A stretch of 64,000 bases of DNA from contig JAYZFP010000074.1 in the NCBI GenBank assembly GCA_036336715.1, forward strand, positions 18,531 to 82,530, given 5' to 3'. How positions within the stretch are numbered: the stretch's first letter is position 1; each line of letters starts with the position of its first letter. Position numbers and translations under genes: made by a program. Under the pieces are notes generated by a model that searched no databases, was not told the origin of the DNA, and worked only from the letters and a program-made list of their open reading frames with translations. The stretch comes from Planctomycetota bacterium (lineage in GTDB: Bacteria; Planctomycetota; Planctomycetia; Pirellulales; Pirellulaceae). Shown here one piece after another: positions 45,641 to 56,600 of this stretch.

Positions 45641-48600
45641 ATGTCGATTAATCGATTGAATCGTCACTGGAAGATTTTGACCATCGTGCTTGCCATGATG
45701 CTGACAAACAATGGATGCGACAGGCGTTCCTATTACCGACAGGAGGCTGACCGCGAGGTTGACCTGTTGGTTGAGGAGTCTGCCGAGGTCAATCCTACCT
45801 ACCAGCTTCCCGGATTCACCGTCCAGATGGATCCTCGCAGCCGTTATTACTTCGATCAGAATCTTGACTGTCCACCGATGCCAGTGGACGATCCGGACTC
45901 CAACCAGTTCATGAAGGTTGTGGATGGAAAACAGGGCTGGAATGGCTGGGACCGCAATGGAATGACGGACGAATTTGAAAACCCATTTTGGCGGGAGCAG
46001 CTGTTTGACTATGTCAATCAGAACGAAGAGGGCCAGGTGATCCTTGACTTGGACACCTCGCTTCGTCTGGCCAAAATGCACAGCCCCAGTTACCAGAACC
46101 AATTGGAAACCCTGTACCTTTCGGCGCTGGATGTGAGTGCCGAAAGGTTCAGTTTCGATACGCAGTTCTTTGGTGGCAATGATCTTAGCTACAGCCATCT
46201 TGGGAACCTGCGAGCAGGTGGGGAAGCGAACACAATGGGCATCGACAATGCCCTGGAATTGAGAAAACGATTTGCCACAGCTGGCCAGTTGCTGGTTGGC
46301 CTTGCGAATTCATTTGTTTTTACCTTTACCGGTAACAACACTGACGTAGGTGTTTCGCTTCTGAACTTCAGCCTGGTCCAGCCCCTGTTGCGTAATGGGG
46401 GGCGTGTCATCGCATTGGAAACCTTGACGATTGTGGAAAGGGCCCTGTTCAATAACCTGCGTGCTTTTCAACGTTACCGTCGCGGCTTCTACACCAGTAT
46501 TGCCATCGGAACCAACGGGACGTCCGGCCCCCAACGACGTGGTGGTTTTCTCGGGGGCACCGGTCTGACCGGTTTCACGGGTACCGGTGCAGGTGGTATC
46601 GGTGGTGTTGGTGCTGGTACCTTTGGCTTTGGCGGAGGATTTGGTGGTGCCGGCGGCGGTGGTGGTGCTGCTGGAACGGGCCTCGCCGGCGGTGGAGCCG
46701 GGAATGTTGGTGGATTCATCGGCTTGCTGCAGTCCCTGCAGCAATATCGAAACGCCCGTGACAGCCTGGATTTGCAGATTCGGACCTTGGCCCTTTTGGA
46801 AGGCAATCTTGAAGGCGGGGTCGTCGATGTGGTGGAAGTGGACCAGTTTCGCCAGACGATTGAAACGCAAAAGGCTCAGCTTTTGCAGTCGCAAAACGGT
46901 TTGCAGCGTCAAGTGGAGGGCTACCTGACGGGAACCCTCGGTTTGCCCCCGGACCTCGGAGTGGACCTGGACGATCAATTCATCCGCCGATTCCAGTTGA
47001 TCGATCCCGTCATGACCCGGTTCCAGAATGATATCTACCGGATGCAGAGTCGGATTGGTGAACTGGAAGAGACACCGACCCGCCAGGTTCTGCAGGAACT
47101 GATTCAGCAGGTCAAGGGAAATCGAGAGGCATTGCTGGAGTACTTTCCCAACATTCGGCAGGGCGTCGAGGATGTGGATCGAGCAATCGTCGCTCGAAAG
47201 CCATTCCTCGAGGCGAAAGAGCTGAAGCGACTGCAAGGGGAAGCAGAAAACTGGAAGCGGCAGCTGGATCCCATCTACCAGGGATTGGTTGAGAACGCGA
47301 AGGGATTGCAGGAGATCGAGGAGAGTCTGTCAGAAGAAAAAACAGCTGAATCCACCTCGGCACTGGTCGTCTGGATGCGACGGTTCCTGGCCCAAACACA
47401 GGAAATTGTCCTGCTGCAGGCCAGGTCCAGGTTGCAGAACGTCTACGTGGACGATCCAATCCGGATCGATATCGCGTGTGCTCTGAAAATTGCCTACGCC
47501 AACCGCCTGGACTACAAGAACGCGCGCAGCAGCCTGGTGGATACCTGGCGTCTGATTGAGTTCAACGCAAACCGGTTGAAATCTGACCTCAGCATTACGG
47601 CGTCCGGCGACATTCGGACCAGCAAGAACAATATCGCCAATTTCCGGGATGAAGCCGGCAGTGCCCGACTGGGAGTCCAGTTTGATGCACCCTTTACACG
47701 ACTTCTGGAGCGGAACAACTATCGGGGTGCCCTGATTGAGTACATGGGTGCACGAAGGTCTTTTGTTCAGGCAACCGATGGTATCAACTCCAACCTTCGC
47801 AACCTGTTGCGTTCCTTGAACGAACTGGAAATGAACCTGGAAATTCAACGACGGGCCGTGGACATTGCGATTCGCCGGGTAGAAGTTACCGAGGAAAAAT
47901 TGCAGGAGCCACCGAATCCGGATGATCCGAACCGGTTCGGACCGACGGATGTCCAAAACCTGTCTTCGGCACTGGCTGACCTGAGAAACTCGCAAAACAA
48001 CCTGATGAGTGTCTGGCTAAATTACTATTCCAGCAGGATGTTGTTGGTACGGGACCTGGGGATCATGCAGTTGGACAACCAGGGCAAATGGGTGGAAACG
48101 CCGATCGACGAGACCCTGTGCACCGACGAATCGATGATTTGCGAAGTTCCGCCGGAAGTTCCCCAGGAGTGGATCGATGATGCTTTCGAAGGAAAGCCAC
48201 TGCCGGAAATCGACAGCAGAAATCAAAACAGTCGTGTACCGGACTACTTTCAAACCAACGCCGCGGGTCCGAATGAAGAACGTTACTTTGAGCAACAGGG
48301 CATGCCCGGCAGGTCCGTTTCCCCGTCTCCACAGCGACGGGAGCCCGGAGTGAATTCGAGAACCGGGCGGATGCCCCCCGGCCAGGTGGGACATGGCGGT
48401 CCTGGACCAAACCCGGAAGCGGAGGCCATGAAAGCCAGGTTCCGATACCCGACCGCTCAGCGGTCGGTTTCAGAAGAAAGAATAACTGCAGCCCAGAGAG
48501 GCCAGCATGTTTCTTTCGACCAGGTGAATCGTCAGCAACGATTTTCCGGAGAAGCGATCTACCGGAAAAACGTGGTCAGCCCTGGGCAAACTCGACCGGT

Positions 48601-48916
48601 TCAACGCCGACAGACGCCCCTGAACTATATTCACTCATCAGTAGAACCTTCGGTGGAGGCACATGAACGCTTGCCCACTGCGTCAACCCACGGTCAGCGA
48701 CATTATTCGCAGTACCCCGGTTCCGCAACGGCCGTCCCCGATGGGAGGGGTTCCCGACAAGCCCAGGCCCATCAACAGCGGAACGCCAATTCACAGCGAT
48801 GGAACCGCCAGTATGCGAGCGAGCCTGCCATCCAGCACGAAGAAGCACCCGCGGAACCCTCTCCGTCCGGTCTTCGCTGGGCCCATCGGCTGAGGACTCC
48901 TGCCAACGCACGTTAA
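45641..48916 (+). CDS. Giant TolC-family lipoprotein with Gly-rich insert and long disordered C-terminal tail
   Basis: Lipobox ILTIVLAMMLTNNGC. OEP repeat starts LDLDTSLRLAKMHSPSYQNQLE and IDIACALKIAYANRLDYKNARSSL. A poly-Gly segment lies at about 46537-46720. A tail of about 270 aa rich in P/Q/R/S runs from about 48110. Confidence 0.65.
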   Translation: MSINRLNRHWKILTIVLAMMLTNNGCDRRSYYRQEADREVDLLVEESAEVNPTYQLPGFTVQMDPRSRYYFDQNLDCPPMPVDDPDSNQFMKVVDGKQGWNGWDRNGMTDEFENPFWREQLFDYVNQNEEGQVILDLDTSLRLAKMHSPSYQNQLETLYLSALDVSAERFSFDTQFFGGNDLSYSHLGNLRAGGEANTMGIDNALELRKRFATAGQLLVGLANSFVFTFTGNNTDVGVSLLNFSLVQPLLRNGGRVIALETLTIVERALFNNLRAFQRYRRGFYTSIAIGTNGTSGPQRRGGFLGGTGLTGFTGTGAGGIGGVGAGTFGFGGGFGGAGGGGGAAGTGLAGGGAGNVGGFIGLLQSLQQYRNARDSLDLQIRTLALLEGNLEGGVVDVVEVDQFRQTIETQKAQLLQSQNGLQRQVEGYLTGTLGLPPDLGVDLDDQFIRRFQLIDPVMTRFQNDIYRMQSRIGELEETPTRQVLQELIQQVKGNREALLEYFPNIRQGVEDVDRAIVARKPFLEAKELKRLQGEAENWKRQLDPIYQGLVENAKGLQEIEESLSEEKTAESTSALVVWMRRFLAQTQEIVLLQARSRLQNVYVDDPIRIDIACALKIAYANRLDYKNARSSLVDTWRLIEFNANRLKSDLSITASGDIRTSKNNIANFRDEAGSARLGVQFDAPFTRLLERNNYRGALIEYMGARRSFVQATDGINSNLRNLLRSLNELEMNLEIQRRAVDIAIRRVEVTEEKLQEPPNPDDPNRFGPTDVQNLSSALADLRNSQNNLMSVWLNYYSSRMLLVRDLGIMQLDNQGKWVETPIDETLCTDESMICEVPPEVPQEWIDDAFEGKPLPEIDSRNQNSRVPDYFQTNAAGPNEERYFEQQGMPGRSVSPSPQRREPGVNSRTGRMPPGQVGHGGPGPNPEAEAMKARFRYPTAQRSVSEERITAAQRGQHVSFDQVNRQQRFSGEAIYRKNVVSPGQTRPVQRRQTPLNYIHSSVEPSVEAHERLPTASTHGQRHYSQYPGSATAVPDGRGSRQAQAHQQRNANSQRWNRQYASEPAIQHEEAPAEPSPSGLRWAHRLRTPANAR

Positions 48917-48970
48917 TACCAGCGGTATTCACCGGGCTTGAAGTTTGTGCCGGAGAAGCATCGAGACGGA

Positions 48971-50176
48971 TTACTTCTTTTTGAGGGCCTCGATGGCTTC
49001 CGGCAGGCCGGGATCGACGAGTCCCCTGGATCCCCTTCCGTTGGCATCGATTCGCTGCATGGCATTCATGATGGACTCTTCCACATCCTCCTGCCAGAAT
49101 TTTTCCATCTCCTTGCGGTCTGCAGGAGCATCCAGCGGACGAAACAGTCGCATGCCAACGCCCGTTGCGGGTTCTGTGGTGAACCACCAGGGACTGAGCG
49201 GAATGTTGGGATCGTAGTCTTTCCAGTCTTCCTCCTCGGTCGACATCATGGAAGCGCTGCGACAATCCTCAGGGCCCAATTCAAAGGAACCTCCACGGAC
49301 AATCTGGTCGTTCAGGGATTTCGGCCAACGGATGCAATCCTCGGCGTTCATGGTTTTCCCTTCCCAGAGGGAATATCCTTTTTCGGAACGGGTGTCGATC
49401 ACCCATTCGGCAACACTGCCATGCATGTCATACAAACCCCAGGGGTTTGGTTTTTTCTGTCCGACATCTTTTCGCTCGTCGTCGGAATTGTCGGCGAACC
49501 AGGCGTATTCACCGAGCAGGGAGGGGTCGTCTCCGAAATGGTAGGCGGTAGTGGTTCCGGCCCGGCATGCGTACTCCCACTCGGCGCCCGTAGGAAGCCG
49601 GTAAAATACACCGGAAGTTCTGCTGATCCATTTTGTGTACTGTCTCGCCGCATATTGCGTCATCGTAACCGCCGGCTGGTCAGGGCCATCCCCTTTTTCA
49701 TAGGTGTGATCGGGTTCATACAGTCCCGAAGGAGCGGTGATGGCGTCGATTTCATTTTGCTTGGTGACGAGCCGAAGTTTTTTTGATTCAAACTTCTTGA
49801 AGCGATCATCCAGCGCCATGTATTCATCGTATTCCTTCCACCGGACTTCGTACTTTCCCATCCAGAAAGGTTTAACCTTGACCTTGATCTGGGGACCCTC
49901 ACTGGCTGAGCGGTCCTTTTCATTTTCGGGACTGCCCAGGAGGAATTCCCCACCGGCTACAGGAATCATTTCGAATTGGACATCGGTACCCGGAATCGTC
50001 GCCTTGTAAGCGACCATATAACCCTTGTCGGTTTTTACGAAACGCCCCGACTGCGGTTTTTCTTTGACAATTCCCAACGGAAGTTCATCAGTCTGTCCGC
50101 TCGAACAGGTCAGGCCTGCAAACAGGAATCCAAGGAATAGAACCGTTTTCAGCTTCACGATTTGCTCTCTTTGCAT
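48971..50176 (-). CDS. Formylglycine-generating enzyme family protein (SUMF1/FGE-sulfatase domain)
   Basis: Signal peptide, then WEYACRAGTTTAYHFGDD, NPWGLYDMHGSVAEWV and RGGSF motifs. Confidence 0.85.
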   Translation of the reverse strand: MQREQIVKLKTVLFLGFLFAGLTCSSGQTDELPLGIVKEKPQSGRFVKTDKGYMVAYKATIPGTDVQFEMIPVAGGEFLLGSPENEKDRSASEGPQIKVKVKPFWMGKYEVRWKEYDEYMALDDRFKKFESKKLRLVTKQNEIDAITAPSGLYEPDHTYEKGDGPDQPAVTMTQYAARQYTKWISRTSGVFYRLPTGAEWEYACRAGTTTAYHFGDDPSLLGEYAWFADNSDDERKDVGQKKPNPWGLYDMHGSVAEWVIDTRSEKGYSLWEGKTMNAEDCIRWPKSLNDQIVRGGSFELGPEDCRSASMMSTEEEDWKDYDPNIPLSPWWFTTEPATGVGMRLFRPLDAPADRKEMEKFWQEDVEESIMNAMQRIDANGRGSRGLVDPGLPEAIEALKKK

Positions 50177-50365
50177 CTGGAAAATTCAGTTTCGGGGACA
50201 ATCTAGGTTATTCCGCAGGTCGAAAAAAATCAAATGACGTTTGCTGGGCCGGACTCGGTTGGAGGAGTTACGGGGAGTCCGCCAAGGTCCTGTTCACCAG
50301 TTATTCAACCTTGCCCGACAGGGCCGTGAACCGTGAGAAACCCATCACCTGGATTTTTGGAGCAA

Positions 50366-53300
50366 TCAATTGGCAGTGCCTGGATTTTGGGCGGAACCGA
50401 TCTTCACCCCGGGCAGTTCAGTTGACTGGAGGCCAACCTTTACCGGGACTCCGGCTTGCGGGGAGACTCCGGAAATCGCAGTCAAAGGGAGGCGTGAACT
50501 CAGCAGCAACCTTTCATGATGGAAAAGCGATCCGGGCCGGGAGAGCACTGGTTCCTTTCGGCCTGCGGTCAGGTAATCCGTCTGGATCAACCAGCCGATA
50601 TCGCCGCTTCCCGAACTTTGGGGAAGTTCCCTTCTGGGAATTGCTGCCTCAACCGTCCAGCGGCCGTTTTCATGTTTGGAGGCCACGTACCAGGTCGGAT
50701 TAAATGACGCATCCCGGGTCTGGCTGTCGCGCCAGATCGCGTCATTGCAGGCGCCTCGAACGTCGACGGTCAGTTCGATGGCTGAATGGTAATCCCTGTC
50801 AAAATCAATCAGCAACCGGATACGGTCAAAGGAGGTCAGAGATTCATCACGGATGCGCTTGCGTGATGGCTCTGCCCGGAATGCCTGCCGAAATTCCCGT
50901 GTATATGCGAAATAAAGAAAATCTTCATCGACGGCAAAACGTAATTTCTCTCCTGGTGTTTTTGTGGACGTTTCTTTTCTCCAGACTTCCTCATCGAGCC
51001 TGCCGTCCAGGTGAATACGCTGACCGGTAACGTCCCAAAGGATGATCGATCCGGGAATCACCGCATCAGCCTTGAGGAGTTCCTTTTCTCGCAGGATTCG
51101 AGATTGGGTCCCGCCAGGATTGCCTGTACCGGTAGCCTGGTCGAGGAGTCTGTCGAGCGACGACCGGTTACCGGTTCTGGATTTGAGGGTGGCGATCAGG
51201 AATTCAACGGCCGGTCGGGATCCTGCTTCCGGAAACCGGTTCTGGAAGATTTCCATCAATTGGGTGGCGTTGGCGTAAGATGCAGACGTGACATCAATGT
51301 TCCGGCTCGTCAGGGCGGATTGGCGAAGAGAGCCTCCCGGAGGCGGGATGCGTGGCCCGATGGGCTGATGGACTTTGGGGTCGATCGTGGCTGGATGATG
51401 TTGATCTGCGAACCGGTTGGCGACCAGGCTATTCAGGTGGAAGTTGCTTTCGAGACTGCCGTAGCGTTGAATCATTTTCCAGAGTGATGCTTCGCCAATT
51501 TCGGTTCCGGAAACCTTCTGCAGGATCAGTCGTTCGCTATGGTCGGCCATGATCGGTTTTCCAAGGCTGGAGTAATGATCGGCCAGGTCGCGAAGGAAAA
51601 ATGCGTAACAGATCTGGTCCAGTCCGGACGTCGAGGCGGTAACGTGTTCCAGCCATGTCTTTTCGTCAATCGGTGACAGGATCGAGAGGCGACCAAGCTG
51701 CTGAATGGCCGAATTCCAGTTGGAAACCGACCGAAATTGCTGCATGTTGTCGATTTGGATTTCCTGGCCACTGCGGTTGCATTCCGGAGTGCTCTGGGCA
51801 AGGGTGCCGTTGGTCATGCCCTTTCCGGCAACGGTTGTCGGGAGAGAGGAAAACAGGGTATTCCATTTCAGCCTGTCTGCCTTGCCGGTCCGTACATGAC
51901 TCTCGTCGACCAGCAGGCCGGCGAATCTTGCCTGGAGGCTGACCGTCCGGCCCAGCTGGGCTGAAAACTGTTGAATGGAAACAGAATTGTCACAGGGGTC
52001 GTCCCCGGTAATCGAAACCACTTTCTGGACCTTCCATGGCGTGATTCCCTTTTCTGCAAGCTCGGGGAATCTGCCGGGATTCCTCGCATTTTCAACCGCT
52101 CTCACGATCCATTGTTTCATCAACGAGTCACGGTGATGGATCAATATTACATGCGGTCGGCGGGAGCGGATTTCCTGGACAAGCTGTTTCAGGAAACGTG
52201 CTGAAGTCGTGCCAGACCGCCAGTATACGGAACCACCTGCCCTCCCTGTTGCCTGGGACATCCGAAGGTGCTGAATTCCAGACGGCGGTTTCTCACCAAT
52301 TACCGAGATGCCGCAGAGATGGCCAAACGATCCACCAAGCAAAGCGATTGCATCGAGTGAAATTTTTGACTCGTCAGTCGCCAGGTTCAAAACAGCGGTT
52401 TGCCGCTTTTCGTTTCTTTGGCAGGTCCAGGTGAGACCGCCATCTTTGGTGGTGATGATCTTTCCGAGTTCACCAACGGCCCAGCCCCGATTTTCATCGA
52501 GAAAGAAGATGGAAACGATTGAAAAATTCTGGCCTGTTCTCGATTCATGCCATGTATTTCCGCCATCCTCGCTGCGTAACATCAAGTTGCCCGGTGCTCC
52601 GGCCAGCCAGGCATGTTGGTTCCAGGCGAAACCACAAATCCAGTTACTCGTGTCATGCGATGACATTGGTGTACTTTGAGTCCAATCGGTCCCTTTACTT
52701 CGCACTGCCAGTTCGCGGGTTCCAGCCACGATGGTTCTCCCATTCTGCAGGCAAAGCATGACCTGGGGATCGAGAACGGGGCAGGACGGCCCCTTTTCAG
52801 CAAAGCCGGCAGGAGTGGAAACCTGGTGATCGATGGACAGGGTGTGCAGCTGTCCCGCCTCGTCCCAGTCGAGCAGCAACGGTGATTCACCGGATGCCCG
52901 GGCGGATGTCCAGGATGCACCACCGTCTTCGGTTTTCAGCAGACCATCCGGATAAAGTTGATTGGAATCGCAGGCAATCCAGCCGTGGGACGGGTCTGCG
53001 AAACGGATCCTCCGAATCAAAGAAACGCCCGGAGGGGAAAGGTTGCTCCAGGTTTTGCCCCCGTCTTCGGTTTTGATTAACAGTCCGACACTCCGTTCGA
53101 GCGGGCCGCGGTAGTGCCCTCCGGCTATCCAGCCGGTCGAATCGTCCGCGAAAAAAACGCTGGTCCAGATGATATCGCGTGGTGAAGATATCGATTGCCA
53201 CTCTCTGCCTCCATCTTCCGTCTTGAGCAGAGTCCCTTTGTCCCCAACCGCCCAGCCAAGGTCGTGGTCGAGGAAAAAGACACTTCGCAGCGTTGCGTCG

Positions 53301-53404
53301 ATCTCCCATGATTCGGGAAATTTTTCCTGACCGTGTCCGGGGCGGGCTGACAGAATCGATGGGAAAAAGATGGCAGCAAAAAGAAAAATTTTTTTCAACG
53401 GCAT
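50366..53404 (-). CDS. Large secreted BNR/Ycf48-like propeller protein with C-terminal CBM9/DOMON-like module
   Basis: Signal MPLKKIFLFAAIFFPSILSA. Repeats LLKTEDGGREWQSI, LIKTEDGGKTWSNL, LLKTEDGGASWTS, RSEDGGNTWH and TTKDGGLTWT. C-terminal LDGRLDEEVW...FAVDEDFLYFAY. Confidence 0.55.
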   Translation of the reverse strand: MPLKKIFLFAAIFFPSILSARPGHGQEKFPESWEIDATLRSVFFLDHDLGWAVGDKGTLLKTEDGGREWQSISSPRDIIWTSVFFADDSTGWIAGGHYRGPLERSVGLLIKTEDGGKTWSNLSPPGVSLIRRIRFADPSHGWIACDSNQLYPDGLLKTEDGGASWTSARASGESPLLLDWDEAGQLHTLSIDHQVSTPAGFAEKGPSCPVLDPQVMLCLQNGRTIVAGTRELAVRSKGTDWTQSTPMSSHDTSNWICGFAWNQHAWLAGAPGNLMLRSEDGGNTWHESRTGQNFSIVSIFFLDENRGWAVGELGKIITTKDGGLTWTCQRNEKRQTAVLNLATDESKISLDAIALLGGSFGHLCGISVIGEKPPSGIQHLRMSQATGRAGGSVYWRSGTTSARFLKQLVQEIRSRRPHVILIHHRDSLMKQWIVRAVENARNPGRFPELAEKGITPWKVQKVVSITGDDPCDNSVSIQQFSAQLGRTVSLQARFAGLLVDESHVRTGKADRLKWNTLFSSLPTTVAGKGMTNGTLAQSTPECNRSGQEIQIDNMQQFRSVSNWNSAIQQLGRLSILSPIDEKTWLEHVTASTSGLDQICYAFFLRDLADHYSSLGKPIMADHSERLILQKVSGTEIGEASLWKMIQRYGSLESNFHLNSLVANRFADQHHPATIDPKVHQPIGPRIPPPGGSLRQSALTSRNIDVTSASYANATQLMEIFQNRFPEAGSRPAVEFLIATLKSRTGNRSSLDRLLDQATGTGNPGGTQSRILREKELLKADAVIPGSIILWDVTGQRIHLDGRLDEEVWRKETSTKTPGEKLRFAVDEDFLYFAYTREFRQAFRAEPSRKRIRDESLTSFDRIRLLIDFDRDYHSAIELTVDVRGACNDAIWRDSQTRDASFNPTWYVASKHENGRWTVEAAIPRRELPQSSGSGDIGWLIQTDYLTAGRKEPVLSRPGSLFHHERLLLSSRLPLTAISGVSPQAGVPVKVGLQSTELPGVKIGSAQNPGTAN

Positions 53405-53639
53405 GGCGAACCGCCTGGGCGGGAGCATGAGGTGGATCCGGGTTGGGTGCGGGAGGTTACCAATTTGATGGAGAACGGTGAATACGGAATGGAATTTCGC
53501 TAGCGGTGCTGGCAAACGGGCCGGACGATTCGTCTTGCAAAATGAAGGAGGTTTTTGTTAACGTCCCGCCGCATTCGTCCAAAAACTCGAATGGCCGCGA
53601 AGATTCTCGCGTCAAGATTCCGTTATTCGGCTCGCGTAA

Positions 53640-56600
53640 ATGAATACCAAAATCCAACTGAACCTTTTCTTTTTGATCACTCTGTTTTCGGGAATTCAGA
53701 CGTTGAAATCCCAGGAAGCGGAATGGATCTGGCATCCCGCCTGGACAAGGAACAGTATTCCGAAGGTGACAACCTATTACCGCAAGGCATTCAAGGCGGA
53801 ACAGGTTGAAAAAGGCGAGGTATTCATAGCGGCAGACGACCAATACGAGTTGTTCCTCAACAACAAGCGGGTAGGAAGCGGTGGAGGCACAGATGTGCTG
53901 GATCGCTACGACATATCGAAACAGATCAAGAACGGCAAAAACGTGATTGCCGTTCGTGTGGAAAATGTCAAGGGAAACACGGCCGCACTCGCCGCCCGGG
54001 TGCAGGTCAAGGAAAAGGAAAAAGGGTGGAAGTCCTATTCCACCAACCAGACCTGGAAGACCAGCTCCTCCCCATTACCCATCTGGAAGTTTCAGTTCTT
54101 TAACGACTCAAAATGGGAAAATGCCAACACCTTTGGAAAACTGGGATCCACGCAACCGTGGGACAAGCCCGCTGAGGTGGTAAAAACCCCTGCCAAGAGC
54201 CAAGGGGACCAGAAGGTCGAGCCGCGGGAGCCGGACAGCGAATTTTTCGTGGAGGATGTTTTCCGCGACGAGGAGGTCGGTTCGATCATTGCCTTTGAGT
54301 TCGATGAATTCGGGAAGATCATTGCTTCGCCGGAAAGAGGCGGATTGCTGCTGCTGGATCCGGCTGCGGAGTCCAAGGCTGACCGGGTTCGAACTCTGAC
54401 CAGCGAGATTTCAGCGATCCAGGGGATCCTTCCCCTCAACGGGCAGATTTACGTTACCGGCATTTATCAGAATCGACTCGGACTTTACCTGCTGAAGGAC
54501 GAGGACCTCGATCATCAGGTTGACGAGATTGTCGAGGTGCTGGGCTTCAAGGGATATCCGGGTGAGCATGGGGCACACGGGCTGGCGTTGGGCCAGGATG
54601 GAAACATCTATATTTCCGTTGGCAACCACGTGGGGCCGGACGGTGAGGTATCCCAGTCGAGCCCCTATTCCAACCATTACGAGGGATCCGTCGTCAAACG
54701 TTATGAAGATCCTGGCGGGCACGCCAAGGGAATCCGGGCACCCGGGGGGACCATCATCCGCACGGACCTCGAAGGGAAGAAGGTTGAAATTTACGCGGGC
54801 GGTCTGAGAAATACCTATGACCTCGTGTTTAACCGGGAGGGCGACCTGTTCACCTATGACAGTGACATGGAGACCGATCGGGGCATGAACTGGTACAGGC
54901 CGACCAGTCTTTATCACGTGGTGGCCGGAGCCGACTATGGCTGGCGAAGCGGTTGGGCCAAGTGGCCTGCTTACTACGCTGACACCCTTCCGCGGGTTAC
55001 GGATACCGGGAGGGGTTCACCTACCGGGATGGTGATTTACGATCACGTGATGTTCCCCGTCCGTTACCAGGGAACGATGTTTATTGCTGATTGGTCAGGC
55101 GGAAAAATCTATAACGTCAAGCTGACCAGGCAGGGAGCCAGTTACTCGGCAAGGAAAGAACTTTTTGTCGAGGGAAGCCCTCTGAACGTTACCGATCTTG
55201 CGGTGGGGCCTGATGGAGCTCTTTATTTTTCGACGGGTGGCCGCATGACCAATGGTGGAATTTACCGGGTCAAGTGGAAAGGAAATGTTCCGGATGCTTA
55301 CACGAAGCTTGAAGACAACCTGAGCCGGATCATTCGCCAGCCGCAACCGCAGAGTGCCTTCGGCCGTCAGAATCTGGCGGAGCTGAGATCGGAATTGGAC
55401 GAGGAATGGGACAAAATCGTGATGGGAGTGGCCCTCAGTCCACAGAATCCTGAAAATTATCGAATCCATGCAATGGACCTGATGACGCTGTTTGGCCCGG
55501 TTCCCGGCGAGGACCTGCTGCTGAAACTGAGTCGCGACGACAACACGGCGGTCCGGATCAAGGCCATCCGGGGGATGGTCCAGGAACCTTCCGAAACACA
55601 GATGGAAAGACTCCTGGAGCTGATGGATGATGAAAGTCCACAGGTCAGGCGGGTTGTCTGTGAATGCCTGTCCAATCTTGAGGCAACGGTTGACTACGAC
55701 AGGATCCAGCCGATTCTCGTTTCTGATGATCGTTTCGAATCGCAGGCCGCACGCAAACTGCTGGAACGTCAACCAGAAGATTCCTACCGTGATCGCGTTC
55801 TGAAAACCGATTCGCAAACCGAATTTGTAAGGGGATCCCTGGCGCTGATGGCCGCCAACCGGAACCAGGAAATTGCCTACGCGATCCTGGCTCGGGTCCA
55901 GGAGTTCCTCGATGAGTTCATCTCCGACCAGACGTTTCTTGAGATGTTGCGGCTGGTTCAGGTAACCATCGAATTGGGCGAGGTGGAAGCGGAAAAGATC
56001 CCCGCATTCGCGGAGAGGATTGGAGATGAGTTTCCTTCAGGAAACTCTTTAATGAACCGGGAACTGGCAAGAATCATTACCAGTCTGAAGGTTGAATCGA
56101 CACTGGAAAGACTGATCAGCTATCTCAAGTCCCCCAAGCATTCGGTTGAGGACAGGTTGGAAATTGCACTGCATATGCAACTGATTGGGAACGGTTGGAC
56201 CACCGGGCAGAGGTTGGAGGTGATCAACTTCCTTGAGCAGCAGATCAAGCAGGACCTTGAGGGGAATTTTGGTGCCTATATCCGGATTGCTGTGAGGGAA
56301 TTTGCAAGGAACCTCTCCGAGGAAGAATCCATTACCGCCATCCAGCAGGGCAAGTCCTGGCCAAACGCTGCCATGAGCGCATTTTACAAGTTACCCAGGC
56401 AGCTGGACGCAAAGCTCATCGGTTACCTCAAGCAGTTGGACAAAAGTGTGCGCCGGGAATCCGGCGAAACCTACGGGTACATCCGGAAGGGAATTGTCGC
56501 TGTACTGGCCCAGGGTGGTGGGGATGACGGTGAGGAGTACCTCAAGGAAATCTGGCGCCGCGATGCGGATCGCCGGGCCGATGTGGCGATCGCCTTCACT

